This document shows, piece after piece, positions 13,601-27,446 of a stretch of DNA of 64,000 nt. Source of the DNA: Cycas panzhihuaensis. Taxonomy: Eukaryota > Plantae > Cycadophyta. The stretch spans positions 220,975,741 through 221,039,740 of the forward strand of contig CM041465.1 in NCBI GenBank assembly GCA_023213395.1. Reading direction: 5' to 3'. The notes beneath the pieces were generated by a model that saw nothing but the letters and a program-made list of their open reading frames with translations, searched no databases and was not told where the DNA came from. A program made the position numbers and the translations under genes. Position 1 is the first letter of the stretch. The number at the start of each line of letters is the position of its first letter.

Positions 13601-15500
13601 GTGGTTTCAAATCCTTAGATGATAATCTTTATTAGATTTTTGAGTGAATGATTTAGGGATGGATTTTAGTCTAGCTTGAATGTTAAGTGTCTCAAAAGCA
13701 AGAGCTTCGTTGAGAGCATCCTCATAAGAGGTGGGATTAATCGTTAGTACTTTAAAGTAGAATTGTGGCCTAAGTGTATTAAAAAATAGTTTGACAAGAA
13801 TACCATCAAGATATTCATATTTTGAGGCAAAAATTAAATCTTGAAATCTCTTAGAGAGTTCATGACAAGTCTCTTTAGGAGTTTGTTTAGCAAAAATAAG
13901 AGCATTGATAACTAAATCAAAATGATTTCCTCTGTCAAAATAGGTAATAAAATAATCAATAAGATGCTGAAATGAAGTGATGGAATGAGGAGGTAAGTAA
14001 TAAAACCACTTGAGTACATCACTTAAAAGTGTGTATGAGAAAATAAGATAAAGAAGATTATCATTATGTTTCTATTAAAAACATTCAAGGTAGAAAACAT
14101 GGACATGGTTTTATGGATCCTTCTCTTGCATCCCTTTAAAGAGAGGCAAAGAAGGAATAATAAGGGAAAAAGGAGTTATTTGGATATTCATGGTAACAGA
14201 AGTATTCTGATCCTTAGTATAGGATCAATGAGCACCTTGTGTAAAGATAGATATTCCCATGGAAGAATGTAGAGTGGTGAACACTATTGGATTACTTCCA
14301 AATGGATGAAATCTATGAGACATATTGTGTAACTAGGAGATAAGTTGTAGATTGAACTCCTTGTTAAAAGGGGTTCAAAGAAGGATTAGATTAATTTAGT
14401 TGCATCACAACACTTGGTTGAAGTTGAATTGGATGAAGCAATTATTGAAATTAAGGTTGTTGAATAAGTTGCGGTGTTTGAACTTGTTGAACACATTAGG
14501 GCACCTCAAGTTATTGAACATGTAAAGGAGCAATTTGACTAGAAACAAATATTTAAAATAGAACTTGTTGAGAGGATGAAGGAATAACTTGATCGATAAT
14601 AGAAGATTGAGGGTGAACTATAGTTGTAGGATTTTATAATGGAACTTATTACATTTATGATGATTTTTGGAAAGGAGGCATGATTTGCAATGGTGTTTAA
14701 GAAGTAGGTGTAACTTATAAACCATAAGCATTTAAGGTTAAAATCATGTAGTAAGGCCTTCATAACTCAATTATGAACCTTAATATCTAGGAGTTGATGA
14801 TTAATTAATTAATTGAAGATATTACACCATATCCAAATATGTAAATGGAAGGTTTTGCATTAATGGATGAATTAATAAAGATTGCATTTGTTATGGAAAA
14901 GGAGGAATAGTATGAGATATGGTAGCAATAGGAAATGGAATGGAAGAAGTTAAAATTTAAGGTTCTAAAGATTGAGATGTTGTAATTTAAGAAGCTAAAG
15001 CTTAAGAAATGGATTATTAAAGACTTACAGGTTAAGAAATTGTTATTTGAGATGTTATAGTTTGAGAACCTAAAGGTTGTGACATTATATACGAAGGAGT
15101 TAATAATTGTTTTAATGGTGTGAATGAAAAAGAACTTGATTCTTATGAACTTAGTGAATTAGAAAGTTGATGTTGAGGAAATTATGATTTAGGTACATCT
15201 TGAATGTAAACAATTTCCTCAATAGGACCAAAAGGGTGAAGTTGAATTTCTAAAGAAGTAAAAAAGAGTTCAGTGCAAGACCTCTAAGTCTATAGGAAAA
15301 TCATATGATAAAAGACCAACACTCTAGTTGAATATATTAAAAGAAATAAGAAGCTTAGAGTCATGAAATGTCTCTTTAGGATGCTCATCAAAATGTTTAG
15401 TTGAATAAGGACCTTTCTTATTTAATTTTTAAGGAAATCTAAAGATATGAAAGAGGAAGTTTCTCTATGCAATAAACTATGTCCTATGTCTAGAGGAAGT
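10640..15500 (-). mobile_element. Decayed Ty3/Gypsy (Tat/Ogre-like) gag-protease-RT remnant, truncated near RNase H
   Basis: RT motifs MPFGLKNVGITYQ..VYIDDIL (10842-11162) and CVEFRNMKK..FSLPFIDQIID..MDKFSSYNQI (11226-11459). Protease VIINEGSSGN at ~12665-12692; gag KWFYYLPPHSITSFQHLIDYF at ~13950-14012. Ends approximate. Confidence 0.85.
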
Positions 15501-16287
15501 CTTATATTTCATGAAGGATATGGTTCTTATGATGTATTAATTTATTAAAGAATAAAATAATATAAATCTAACTCATTGTTCGTTTTAATTTTTTCTCTGG
15601 TTCCTATTATTTCTCACCGCTTATGTTAAGTAATTCTTATCTAGTGTAAGCATGTATTACACTCATACTTAAACTTTGGAGGAATATAATTCTTATATTC
15701 CTAAAGGTACATGGAATCAATCCTAAAAAAGTATATGGTAGCTTATTAGCCTATAATGAACGTCATGCGATTACCAAGGGTGTTATTACTCAAAACCAAA
15801 AACTAGTCTCCTAATATCTTTGGGTTGTAGATTTTATTATAACACTCTCTCATGCAATATACCTATAGTATGTTAGTTTTACTAAATATCCTAAATTTGT
15901 GTGTGTGGGTGTGATAATCCTCATGAGTGCTATTCTCCCTATAGAGAGTCTTTGTGTGATTAAGTTTCACTTAAATTATAATTCATCAAAAACTAGTTGC
16001 TTTTATTTAATTCCTTTTGTTATCAATTCACCTTTTCCCTAAAAAGAAATAAAGTAAAATAAAAATAAAAGCAAAACAAAAATAAAGTGTACTTAAAAAG
16101 GCTTGATATTGTGATGAATAACTAACTTGTTTAATAAAGATATTTATCTCTTCTTAATGAATTGGTTCTCTTTGCTTTCTATAAAAGACAATCAAGGAAA
16201 CACCTCCAAACATCTGATATCCTTTAAAAGAAAAGAAAACCAGATAAAATGTAATAAAGGGTTTTGCCTCAAGATTAAGACATGATC

Positions 16288-18148
16288 GCAGTTTTTAAAA
16301 TTCCGGAAAAGGTTATTGCGGTTCTGGAAGGAATCATGAAGCGATTCCTATGGGCAGGAGCTGAAGAGAAAAGGAAATTCCACTTAGTGTCTTGGGATAA
16401 GGTCTGCAGACCCAAGTGGGCTGGAGGTCTTAATGTTAGAAGATTGGGTTACTTCAATGAAGCCCTTTTGGCTAAGACGGGATGGAGGCTATCCAAAGAA
16501 GTCGGCTCGACCTGGGGGAAGATTATCGCGAGGAAGTATCTGGGGGACAATCAATTTCTGATGGAGGAGGAGCTCTGTCGGGAGGGTTCCCAAGTTTGGA
16601 GAGCCATCAGGTCCTCGAGGCCCCTCCTTGCAAAGGTTTGCGATGGAAGTTGGGAGACCTGAAAGCATCGGTTTTGGGAAGATAGGTGGTGTGGCCCTTC
16701 AAGCTTGAGGAATTGCCTAATATCGCAGACTGAGGAGAGCATGTAAACCGGCTCTACCGGGTCAAGAACTATTGGGTTGGCCATGGTAAGGAGAGGAGGT
16801 GGAGATCGCTCGAGGAAGTCCCCGGTTCCGGGAGGAGATTCTCGTGGTGAAAGCGATTCTAGATAACCAAGATATTCAAGAGGATGGGTCCAGATACCAT
16901 GGTGTGGCCTGTCTCAATGAGGGGTCCTACTCGGTCAAAACGGGTTATGACTTGAGGTTGAGCAAAGGAGGGTGGGAAAGAAATGATAGGTTGGCGAGGT
17001 CCGAAGCTAGGGATTCTCCCTAAAATTGCGACTTTACGGTGGATATGTCTTCAAAACAAACTTCTCACACTAGATAACCTCTCAAGAGGCGTCCAGATGG
17101 CGAATGATGTGTGATGTGTAAGATGGAAGTGGAAACCTGGACCACCTGCATTCACCGTCCTTATTCGTAGGGGATTTGGAATGCTATCTCGGGGATGGGG
17201 ATAGTATGGGTCTCCTCATACTCCCTAGGTGAGTAGTGGGTCGATGGACATCGCCTTTCAAGAGCAAGTCCCTTTCCAGTCAGGAAGATGATCCTTCCAA
17301 AGAGGCTCTTGGCTCATTTGGAAAGAAAGAAATGTAAGGATATTCAAGGAAAAGAAAAGATAGCGATGGTGGTGGTTGAAATCAAAAAGGCCATCTCGTA
17401 AATGATGCATGACTAAAGGATGATAGGATCCCTGTGGGGAAGAGGATATTATCAGAGATTGGGGTATAGAGCCCAGGGAGGGTGTCAAAATCAGAAGAAG
17501 AGAAGTCAAGTGGCATCCCCCGGATGGATCCTGGGTTAAAGTCAATTTTGATGGTGCAGCTAAAGGCAACCCCGGGGAGGCGGGAGGTGGGGCCTCTGCG
17601 CAGGATCATGAAGGAAACGTGAGATGGGCCTGCGGAATACTTGGGATTCAATGAACCGTAAAGTCGAGCTACGGGCTATGCTGAGGGCCACCTCCATTAT
17701 GGAAGAGGATAACGCTCAAAAGGTGATAGTAGAGGGGGACTCGATGTACGTAATTAAATGCTTGAAAGGGGAAATGGACCGGGTTGGGAGAACTCGATTA
17801 TCTTCGAGGATGCCAAGGATGTTTTGAGAGACAGAGTGAGGTTCAGATTCAACATACCTATAGGGAGGGAAATTATGGCGGATTGGTTGGCAAATGGTAG
17901 TGATAAATAAAAGTTTAAAAGTTTGGAAAGAGGACTTCCCGGTGGAGTTACTGAGATTGGTCAGGGCAGATGCTCATATGGGAGAGGTAATCAATTGAAG
18001 ATCGAAATGGCGATCCGAGGATCAGATATTATTTTGGTTAGACCATGGGCCCGCTATGGTCATTTCTTCTATGCCATTTGGCTATGATGTACCGGGTTTG
18101 GGGACCCAGTTAAAACCCCTATAATTCATTTTACCTTATCAAAAAAAA
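16288..18148 (+). mobile_element. 5'-truncated L1 LINE with RNase H, poly(A) tail and 17-bp TSD
   Basis: TSD AAGATTAAGACATGATC at 16271-16287 and 18149-18165. RT C-terminal region (RFLWAG..FHLVSWDKVCRPKWAGGLNVR..FNEALLAK.GWR); zf-RVT remnant at ~17100-17180; RNase H WVKVNFDGAAKGNPGEAGGG from 17532. 3' end ttaccttatc(A)n. Confidence 0.95.
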
Positions 18149-19816
18149 AAGATTAAGACATGATCATATAAGTACTTAATAAATACCTTGGTGTATGTAA
18201 AGGAGAAAATGAAGAAAAAAAGAATGAATTTGATGATGAAATAATAAAATAAAAATAATAAGCAAGATGTTAACAAAAGGCAAGATAAGACATAATTCTA
18301 ATCTTTTAAAATAACGATAAAAATACTAGTAAAATATAGAAATAAAGATGGAATCTAAAAAGTACAAAAAATATCATTGAAATAATAAATCTGATACACT
18401 TGAAACAATAAACTTGACACACAATATTATAAACTAAATATCATCGAAGTGGCTTTTATGAGGTATGATGTAATTAAATAAATATTATTAAAAGTAAAAA
18501 AGGACAAGCGATATACTATGAAAGTTGACTATGATCATATAGTATATAAAGAGTAGTATTGTGGAAGCTACAAAGAAATAAGTGGTATCACTGTGAAAAG
18601 TCTGAAGAGCTTTAAGATATTTAAGCACAATCAAGTGATATTGCAGAGCAGAGATAAACAACAAATAGAAATCATATAAATTTGTGAGAAAATCATAGTG
18701 GTGAATGGGAATAATAGAATTCATGATGAAGGAAAGATCTAAAATGATGTAAAGCCAAAGAGATTTGCTTAATTATGTAAATGATGGATTCCAAAGTACC
18801 TAGGGTAGTAAAACTCTACTTTAGACACTAAATTTCTTATATTCTTCAAGTCTCTTAGTCTGATCAAAAGAAGTAGTAGGAAAGGTATTTATAGTAAAAT
18901 GATTTGAGATAAATCATAAATCATAGGTTGACATGATCTAATGATATGCATTTAATTTTTCTAAACCATGGAAAAAGTTGGTTTCGAATTAGATGGAAGC
19001 AACTAATTGGAAGAAAGTAAGACCACAAGAGAAGTGTCACTTCCTTATACAATGCCAATTTTCAACTTATGACCACTAGATTCATATATACTAAAAAAGA
19101 TCTATATATTGGAGTATATAGAAGCAAAATTTGTGATTAAACATGGGTAATCATTAAGTACTTAGCCTATGAAATTATAACTTCATATAATGAAAGGGGC
19201 ATAAAGTATAAAGTCATATTTTATATCCCTTTTCCATCATTAATGAAGAGGAAGTGCAATATATAAATGTAAATCAAGCCAAACAAATGCTAAATCAAAT
19301 ACATTATAATACAAATAATAAGTAAATGCAAGCAATTATATGTAACATCAAGTAAATGAGAGGCAAAGATGCATATTTAACTGTCAAAGAAAGAAACCAT
19401 ATATAATTTTCTTAGGTTAAGGACTAAGGGGCTCAAAATTAGGAAAACATAAGTCATTTGATTTAGTGGTACCCCTTACTTCATAAGGATAATAAGTGCC
19501 TTGGATAAATCCTATGGTTTAAAGCTAAGTGCTTAGTAAAAAAAGGCTTTGCACTATAACCAAACTCTTTGATCTTATTGGGGGATGGTAAAAGGACTAG
19601 ATAGATGCCAAACAGACTTTTGACTTGAAGAATTCTAATAAATTCATTCTTAAAGAGATTATGATGATTTTCCTAATAAATCAAATTCCAAACCTAATTT
19701 TTCTCACAAATATAAAATGGTGGAAAGATTGGGCTTAGAATTCCTTTAGATAATTTGTGATATATTTCACCTCTTATATATATATATATAAACTTCTCCT
19801 ACCCTTCCTTAAATTT

Positions 19817-22730
19817 GTAGGAATAATGAATGAGGCTTGGTATTTTTGGACTTGTGCTAGTATTTGGGAAAATATTAGAGTAGTAATGTTTTATTTTTAT
19901 CTTTTCTAAAGTTAAGTTATGAGTTATGTATCCAACCCCTCTTTCATTCTATCTTAACACTTGGCCTACATGCATAGGCTCCTTTGCATACATTATATGT
20001 ATTTATAAGAGAGTATTTTTCTCTCGTTAAAGTAAGGAAGTAACTTCTTCTTATATTCTTATTGTTTTGACATGGTATCATAGTAAGTTTGCTAAGGGTC
20101 TGGGAATGGTACGAATACTTTTTTATTAAAATAAAATAAGAAGTTCAAAGTTTTGTAAGAGAGAGAGGACCATTATACATTTATTATAGATGTATTAATT
20201 ATTGCACAAAAGTGCATGGATAGGAATTTTTTAAGGGCTCAAAATCAAATGAAATTTGGCCCATAGACTTGTCTTAGTGAGGAGAATCTATTATCCCAAA
20301 GAGTCATTTCCAAATTTTGCTTTGTTTAGTAAGAAATAATGATTTTATAGGAGTACGAGTTTAGCACTTCAAACTCAAATTTCTTCCTTTTCCTTTTGTC
20401 TCAATGGGTAAAATGTATCCTAAAATCTTCATTTGAATATTGAATTTTATTTAAATGTGAGTTTGTTGGATTTAATTAAGTATTTGAAAGGATATGAGTA
20501 ATTTTTACTTTCAAATGCTCATCGATCATACTATTTTTGTGGCAATTTTTAAGCAAACTAGAAGTCAAATCATTTTTTTTCCATATTTGGGTAGAGTAGG
20601 TTATAAGCTTTATTTTTGGTATTTTTTTTTTTAAATTTGTATAATTATACTTTTCCATACTATTCCATATAATTGTATGGCCATTCGACCAACTCATATT
20701 ATACTCTCTTTCTCTATCATTCCTTCTCAGTTTACTCTTCAAAAGTTTAAAAATTGCCTTTGTTTTCTCTCTTACAAAGTAAAACTATAATATTGAGAAA
20801 TTAAAAATATAAGGTCATTTAATGGCTAAAAATTCATGGAATATTGTCATTAGAAATGAAATAAAACCAACTGATATAGTAGATTTAACTAGTTAGGACG
20901 AAAGGGATATAATTACATATGTTGCCATTATGTTGTTTTCTAGAGATTCATTATTAAGTCACATCAGTAAAGCTAGTACATTTGTTGATACCTAGAGAAT
21001 TCTCTCTTTATAATTAAAAGAATGAATCTCATGTAATCTCTCTTAAAGAAAAATTATACAAACTGTAATTTTTTTTTGGTAAGGTAAAATGAATTAAAGT
21101 GGGTTTGAAAACAGGATCCCACAACCTAATACATCAGAAGACAAGAGTGTACCAAGACAGAGTTAACCGTGACAACCCCACGGAATAGGCAAGGGAACTA
21201 GGAAGCTGGGACAAGCCCCACGACTAGCTATTGCAAGTCATATCCATACAAACTCCAATTAAAGGAAGGAGAACTTATCTTTATTTTTATTACCAAAATA
21301 GTAGAAGTTAAGGACAATTGATTCACCATATGAGAAACAATATTTGATTTCAAAATTGTCCATATTACACTCAATAAACTTTTAAAATCCTATGATACTA
21401 TGGAAAATACTCTTGCCATTGGCGGATATACTACTAATATGTCTTTTGAAACTTTAACAAGACATATGTTACAACATGAGTAGATAATCAAAAGATATGA
21501 AGAGAAGGCTAAAGTTGAAGAAGCCTTCATTTCAAAGCTATGAATAGAGGGCAAAGGTTATTCCATAAGAATTCCAAGAGGAAGAGACTGATTTGCTACA
21601 TGAAAGACATCAAAAGGATAAGGTAAAACTATATGGTCATTGAAAGGATGAGAGAGGCCTATACTGATAGATTCCAAATCCTATTATCATTGTGGTAGAT
21701 TTAGATATTTATCTAGTGAATGTAGATTCTATAATCCATAAACTTGCTATCATTGTGGATAAGTAAGATATATTGCTAACTAATGTCCTTAGAGGCATGC
21801 AAAAATTTAAAGAGGAAAAAGAGTTAAAGGGAACTATAACAATGAATAGACTAGAGAATATGATGATGAAATTATGTTTATCATAGCCTTGGCCACATAT
21901 GCACGTAGTAATAAAAACTGGTATATATATTTTCGAAGCACCCAATCACATGTTAGGGAGGGGAGACTAGTTTGGGACACTTCAATTATATTTTCTCAAC
22001 AAAATAGTTGGTGATGGCTTTCTTTTATACATAAAAGGAAAAGGAACACTTGTAATCCTAATTAATATTAAAGAAATTGATGATGTATTGTATGTTCTAG
22101 GATTAAAGAAAACTCTCTTATCCATATCTAAATTAAGAGAAAATAAGCTTCATGTTGTCTTTGATGAAGGTAGAAGATGCTACATATCTAATATGAAGTA
22201 AAATGATACTGTAATAACAAAAGGAATAGAGACTAACAACCTCTATATGTTGGTCTTTACTCTTATCCTAACTTTAGCTATAAATTTTTTTACTATTAAT
22301 AATTCTATTAATGAAATGTGGCATTCAAAATATGAACATATTGTCAATAAATATTTAGAATGGTTAAAAAATATAAAATATGGTAGATGGTCTTATTAAT
22401 ATATTATTTAATCCATTCATATGCAAAATTTGCATGATTAAAAAACAACATCAAGCTCAATTTCAAGAAAGTATGTGGAAAGTACAAAAGAAATTAGAGT
22501 TAATTCATACAGATTTCTGTGGTCTAATCACACTAAATTTAGTTAATTATATAAGGTATTTTCTTACCTTTATTGATGATTTTTCTAAGAAAACTTAGGT
22601 TTGTTTCTTCTTCAACAAATTAAATGTCTCAGATCATTTTAAAGAATTAAAAGCTTAAGTGGAGTAATCATTAGGTAATTAGTAGAAGGTAATCATTAGT
22701 AATCATAGGATTTAGAAGGTATTGATAATG
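19817..22730 (+). mobile_element. 5' part of a decayed Ty1/Copia (probable LTR, PBS, gag with two Zn knuckles, protease, integrase N-terminus)
   Basis: CA|TGGTATCA at 20071-20080. Gag from ~20770 (GHLMAKNSWNIV; LKEKLYKLQLKEGE). Two knuckle remnants at ~21682-21786; WYIY..PNHM at ~21919; LELIHTDFCG..YFLTFIDDFSKK in 22380-22598. LTR start uncertain. Confidence 0.8.
21071..21245 (-). mobile_element. 175-bp poly(A)-tailed insertion (SINE or extremely truncated L1) inside Copia gag
   Basis: TSD ATACAAACT(GT/CC)AATT at 21056-21070 and 21246-21260. Minus-strand 3' end aattcattttaccttacc(A)n matches the 3' end of the L1 at ~18085-18150. Gag reads continuously when it is removed. Confidence 0.85.
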
Positions 22731-25519
22731 GTGTCTATAATCTCAACATTTGATTAATAGCTCTTAATATGCTATATAATGTGCAACCTATGTGAATGCC
22801 TTGATCATGGATGCCATCTTTTAATTATAATATTATACTCATAGATGAAGTCCTAATATCTTAGATTTACTAGCATGGAGTAAATGTCTTTTAGTAGTTG
22901 ATGCTTTATATCTATTAGAATCCCTTCGCCAACAATCTACCTATGTGTATTTCACTTGGGTTAAGGGACATTCTAAATGAACTAGCCCTCCCACAAGGAC
23001 AGGGCATGTAGGAGGGGAAGAGCTAAATAATGTATAGCAATAGGTCATTTAGTGACTTAACAAAAGACATGATGTGTGGATGACTTAAGGTTTAACTCAA
23101 AAGATAACATGATCAAACTATGATAGATGTTAATAAATTTATATGGACATAAGTTTGACTTAAATGTTATTTTGTGTGAGAGATAAATAAAGATAGGGAA
23201 TTAAAAATAGGGGAGGATTTGAAAGAAGAAAACCTATATGAGCTTCACTACTTTTTTTACATCCCTTGGTATGTTGAACGATTATGTCTAAGGCTTGGGT
23301 ATTAGTGCTTGATCACACCTCACTTTACATACAATCTTATCATTAAACATGCTTAGCCAAAAGTGATAGATGCTAGTTAAGTACCTTGTATAACATCTTT
23401 AATAACTCCCTATAGGTCTCCTTATAAATCCACATATGAGAATAGGTTATATCTGCTTAACCCATGTCCCTCCCCCCCACCTGCATAATATACCAATAAT
23501 TGGTTAACTCTATTTTGATGACTAATTTTTTGTGTGTGAATATGACAATGTTCATGCATGTTGTTTTTGTTGTAGGGTTTAGCAAAATGTGAATAAGTAC
23601 AAATAACAATAAAGTTTAACTAAAATTATCCACATAAGCAACTCAAGTAAATGCAAATCTGCCTTAAGATAAACACCATGAGCAAGTTATAAAAAGAAAA
23701 TAAGTAAGTTCATACAAGTAACTCTACTTAAAAGAAATAAGTGAACTAGAGGATCTAAGCCCATAATGCACTTACACTTGGCTTTCCTCTTAATAATTGC
23801 ATGAGCCTAAATGAGAATTAAAATAATCTACTTCACAAGTAAGTCAAAAGGAAATAACAAAGGATAAGGGATAAAAATAAAGGGGATTGCCCTTCAAAAA
23901 GCTTCTTGGTCTTGTTTTTTTTCAGCTTTATGTTTTTTTTGTGCTTTTATGTCCTTTTTAGTGTTTTCTTCCACTTTAAAAGAAATCTTAATCAGGTCTC
24001 AAGGAAAACTCTTTGTAAAGTAAGAAAAGACTAGAAATAACATAATAAACTAAGAGAAGATTACACAAAGAGGATGCTAGTTGAGTCTTATTTGCTACAA
24101 GAAATTATAATAAAAAAAACTTACAAGGAAGATGTAATTTTAAAGCAACCAAATGTATTATAAGACTTAAAGAGAAAATAAGATATTATTATGAATTATT
24201 ATACCTATCTATGGAAGGTGGCAAACACCTCATAATTGCATTTTGAAGGTAAGTCTTTCTACTTGTAAGTGATGGAATGTAAAAGAGGAGGTGAAGCAAC
24301 AAGCAAGTAAATAAGATTGGTTCAATACAAGTATAATACAACAATCAAGAGGAGGACTCTTGATTAGTAGCCTAATCATAAATGTCAATAAGTCACAAAG
24401 TAATAAACTTCAAGAAAACTAATAGGAAACACTAAAGAAATCATAAGCAACACAAGCAATGATAGCTATAATGAATCTCATCTAATCATACAACAAGGAT
24501 TAAGCAAGTTAATGATAAATCAAGCTTCTTAAGTAGGAAGAAAATAATACTTAATTAATTTACATTCAAGATCAAATAACAATAAATAGAAATGCTAACT
24601 TAGAGTAACCATCATTGCTAAAATTTAAAAAGACATTAAGAAGGTGAATTGAACAAGCCATAAAGGAGAGAAGAGTCCCTTTAGCAATGGGATGCTAAGG
24701 GGTTAAAGATTTTCTTTCTAATTAGATGTTTTGCTTCATAAGTACCATTGTAAGTTGCTTATAAGTGTGGAAAGAAGCATTAAATACATGCACACAAGAC
24801 ATATTAAGTAAATAAAGAAGTAATAAGCCAAAATAAGTAAGTAAAAGAGAAACCATCGAAAGAGTAACTAAAAGAGTCTAAAAAAGTCCCATGCTAAATA
24901 AGATTATGAGATGTTATAGAGCTCTTAGACCATGTTTTTTTGTAGGAAGACTTATATTATGCCCATAATATCCCTATGCTACATTTAGATGGTAAAACAA
25001 ATTAAAATAGAATGCAACATGAAGGAAAAAAATTAGGTTTTTTCCACTTTAGGATAGTGCATAGTTGATATCATCAAAATTTAGAGGATATCATCAAAAT
25101 TACAAGGAGTCAACACAAATTATTGCAAGACCATCAAATATTTTGATGGTGTATTACACACTATTAAAATTTTCTTGGGGTCATTATAATTTTGACAAGA
25201 TATTACTAAATTTTTATATACTCAAAACACTAGTGACAAGATCACCTCATTAAAATTAGAACATCAAGCAAACAAAAAATTTAAGTAGCAAATAAGTTAA
25301 GAAGAGGTCAAATAATAGGCTAAGACAAAGTAATAGTACAAGAGGATAAACCTTCAATTTTGGTGCATGTTTGATTACAAAAATAGGTGCCCTAAAGATA
25401 AGTACTCATAGCACATAATGATATCTCATCAAATACATCATATGTACTAAAGTAAAATGAAAAGGGATGAATACTTTGGGGATCAAGAAGGCCAAATTTA
25501 GGGGAAACACTATTTATTA

Positions 25520-27446
25520 ATTTAGCCATCATATTTAAATTTGGTCTTATAGACCCATTCCTATTTGTTTATTGGTAAATTAATGAAGACCTAAGTTTTA
25601 TTTTACTCCATAGCATGGGTTTCAACATCCATTACTATTCTTCATTTTTACACTTAGTAGGCCTCCTCAAAACTTGAAGGCTCTTTACCATTTAATATAT
25701 CTATCATCAAAGCAAAGTTGATCATGTTAGATCTCATCCTCAACTTATATTTCCCTTTAGTCTTAGGTAATTATTTTTTTTTTATAGTTTTTAAATACCA
25801 CTTAAATTCTTAATAGGTGAAGTAACCTCAAGCTACACTCCAAGTTATGATTCTTGAGCATCTTAATACTCCTCCTATTTACCTTCCATTTTAGCTTTAG
25901 TTGATGTGCTAGTTAACTCTTGCTTAGTTTTTGGCTTAATATACTATTATCTCAAGAATTAGATTTTGGTTATTCTTTAATTCAATTCCCTTTATCTTAC
26001 CATATCTTTAAAGTGTTGAAGTTAGCATCCTATTTGTCAACTTCTTTAAAGATAATATCTCAAGTTGTGTATACCTTTTTGGTTACCAACTTATATACCT
26101 GGTACACTTTACTTTCTTTATTATGCCCAATGAGGACACACTAAAAGCTTTTATTATAAAACTTCTAATGTTTCTCTTTTAAGATGTGTATATATGTAGT
26201 GTTCCCAAATATTCTAAGATGGCTCACTATAAGCTTTCTTCTTAATTAATATTCTTTTAGTATAATATTCCAAAGAGCCTTTATCAAACTCTTATTAATT
26301 TGATACATTATTGTATAAGTAACTTCAATCTAGAAAGACTTTGAGAGGTTCCTTACTTTCATTATTGATATAGCCTTTTTGACCAAAGTACTATTTATCA
26401 TCTCAATAACTCTATTTTGTTAAGGTGTGCATGCTATTGTTAACTACTTTTAGATCCCATGGTCCTTACAAAATTAAATAAAGGTATTAGAGGTGTATTT
26501 TCCTCTATTATCTAATTTGAGGATTTTCAACCTTTGAGCACTTCTATTTTTAACTTTCACTTTGAATTCCTTGAAAATGTCAAAGGTCTAGGATTTCTCC
26601 TTTATAGGATAGACTTAAGCTTTTCTCAAAAAGTCATCAATAAAGGGCAAAAATATCTTGCATCTCCAAGTAAAATGGTTGGTATTGAAACATAAATATT
26701 TAAGTAGATAAGCTCAACTTTGATTTCTCTCAAAATGTTGCCTTTTTAGAACTTCTGCCTATGCTGCTTTCTTATTATGTAAGATTCACAAACACTATTC
26801 ACTAGTTTAAGCTTTAGAAGACCATGTATTATATTTAATTTTTGCATTATATGTAGACATGGGTAGTGCAAATACCCCATTATTTTATGCCACAATTAAA
26901 TTTTACATGATACATTAGTAGTCAATATTCTTTGGTTTACATATTTTCCCAACGCCCCATTAAGGCCACCATATTTGACACCTTTCATAATAACTTTTCT
27001 ATCATGATTATTTCTAATAATCTTTCCATCCTTGAAGAGAATACTCATGCTATTATCTTTAATATGGTTTATGGAGACCAAGTTCTTCTTCAACTCTAGC
27101 ATTTACATCCCATCCTTAATACAATAATCCTCTCCATCAGGTGTGATGAATGGGATCTCTCCTACCCCTTTACTGCTCAATATTTTATTATCTCCTGATG
27201 TAACTATTTATGTAGTTGCTTCCCATAGGGGTTTAAACCATTCAAACGTACTCATCATGTGCCTAAAAGGCCTTGAATTAATGTATCATACATCACATAC
27301 TTTCAAACTTATCTATGAGACTGCCATATCCTATTGATTGCTCTTCTTTTATTGATGAGCCTATAACTTTCTATAGTCTCTTTTAAAGTACCTTGGTTTA
27401 TAATAGTAATAACATTGCTTTCTTTACCTTTTCTTAGGAGATTGCA
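25520..27446 (-). mobile_element. Decayed Ty1/Copia pol fragment (knuckle, protease, integrase, start of RT)
   Basis: Knuckle remnant at ~27375-27418; LKKNLVSI (26896-27102); LGDARYF..FIDD at ~26634-26671; KEFKVKV..KVENPQI-like integrase at ~26520-26575. Confidence 0.75.

Noticed and set aside
16282-16662. Autonomous ORF starting at ATG 16282
   Set aside because: The ATG lies in the TSD; the rest is truncated L1 ORF2 with frameshifts.
22730-25500. Possible Gypsy LTR or internal remnants (also 15500-16270 and 18166-19800)
   Set aside because: No partner repeat, terminal motif or protein motif that I could support.
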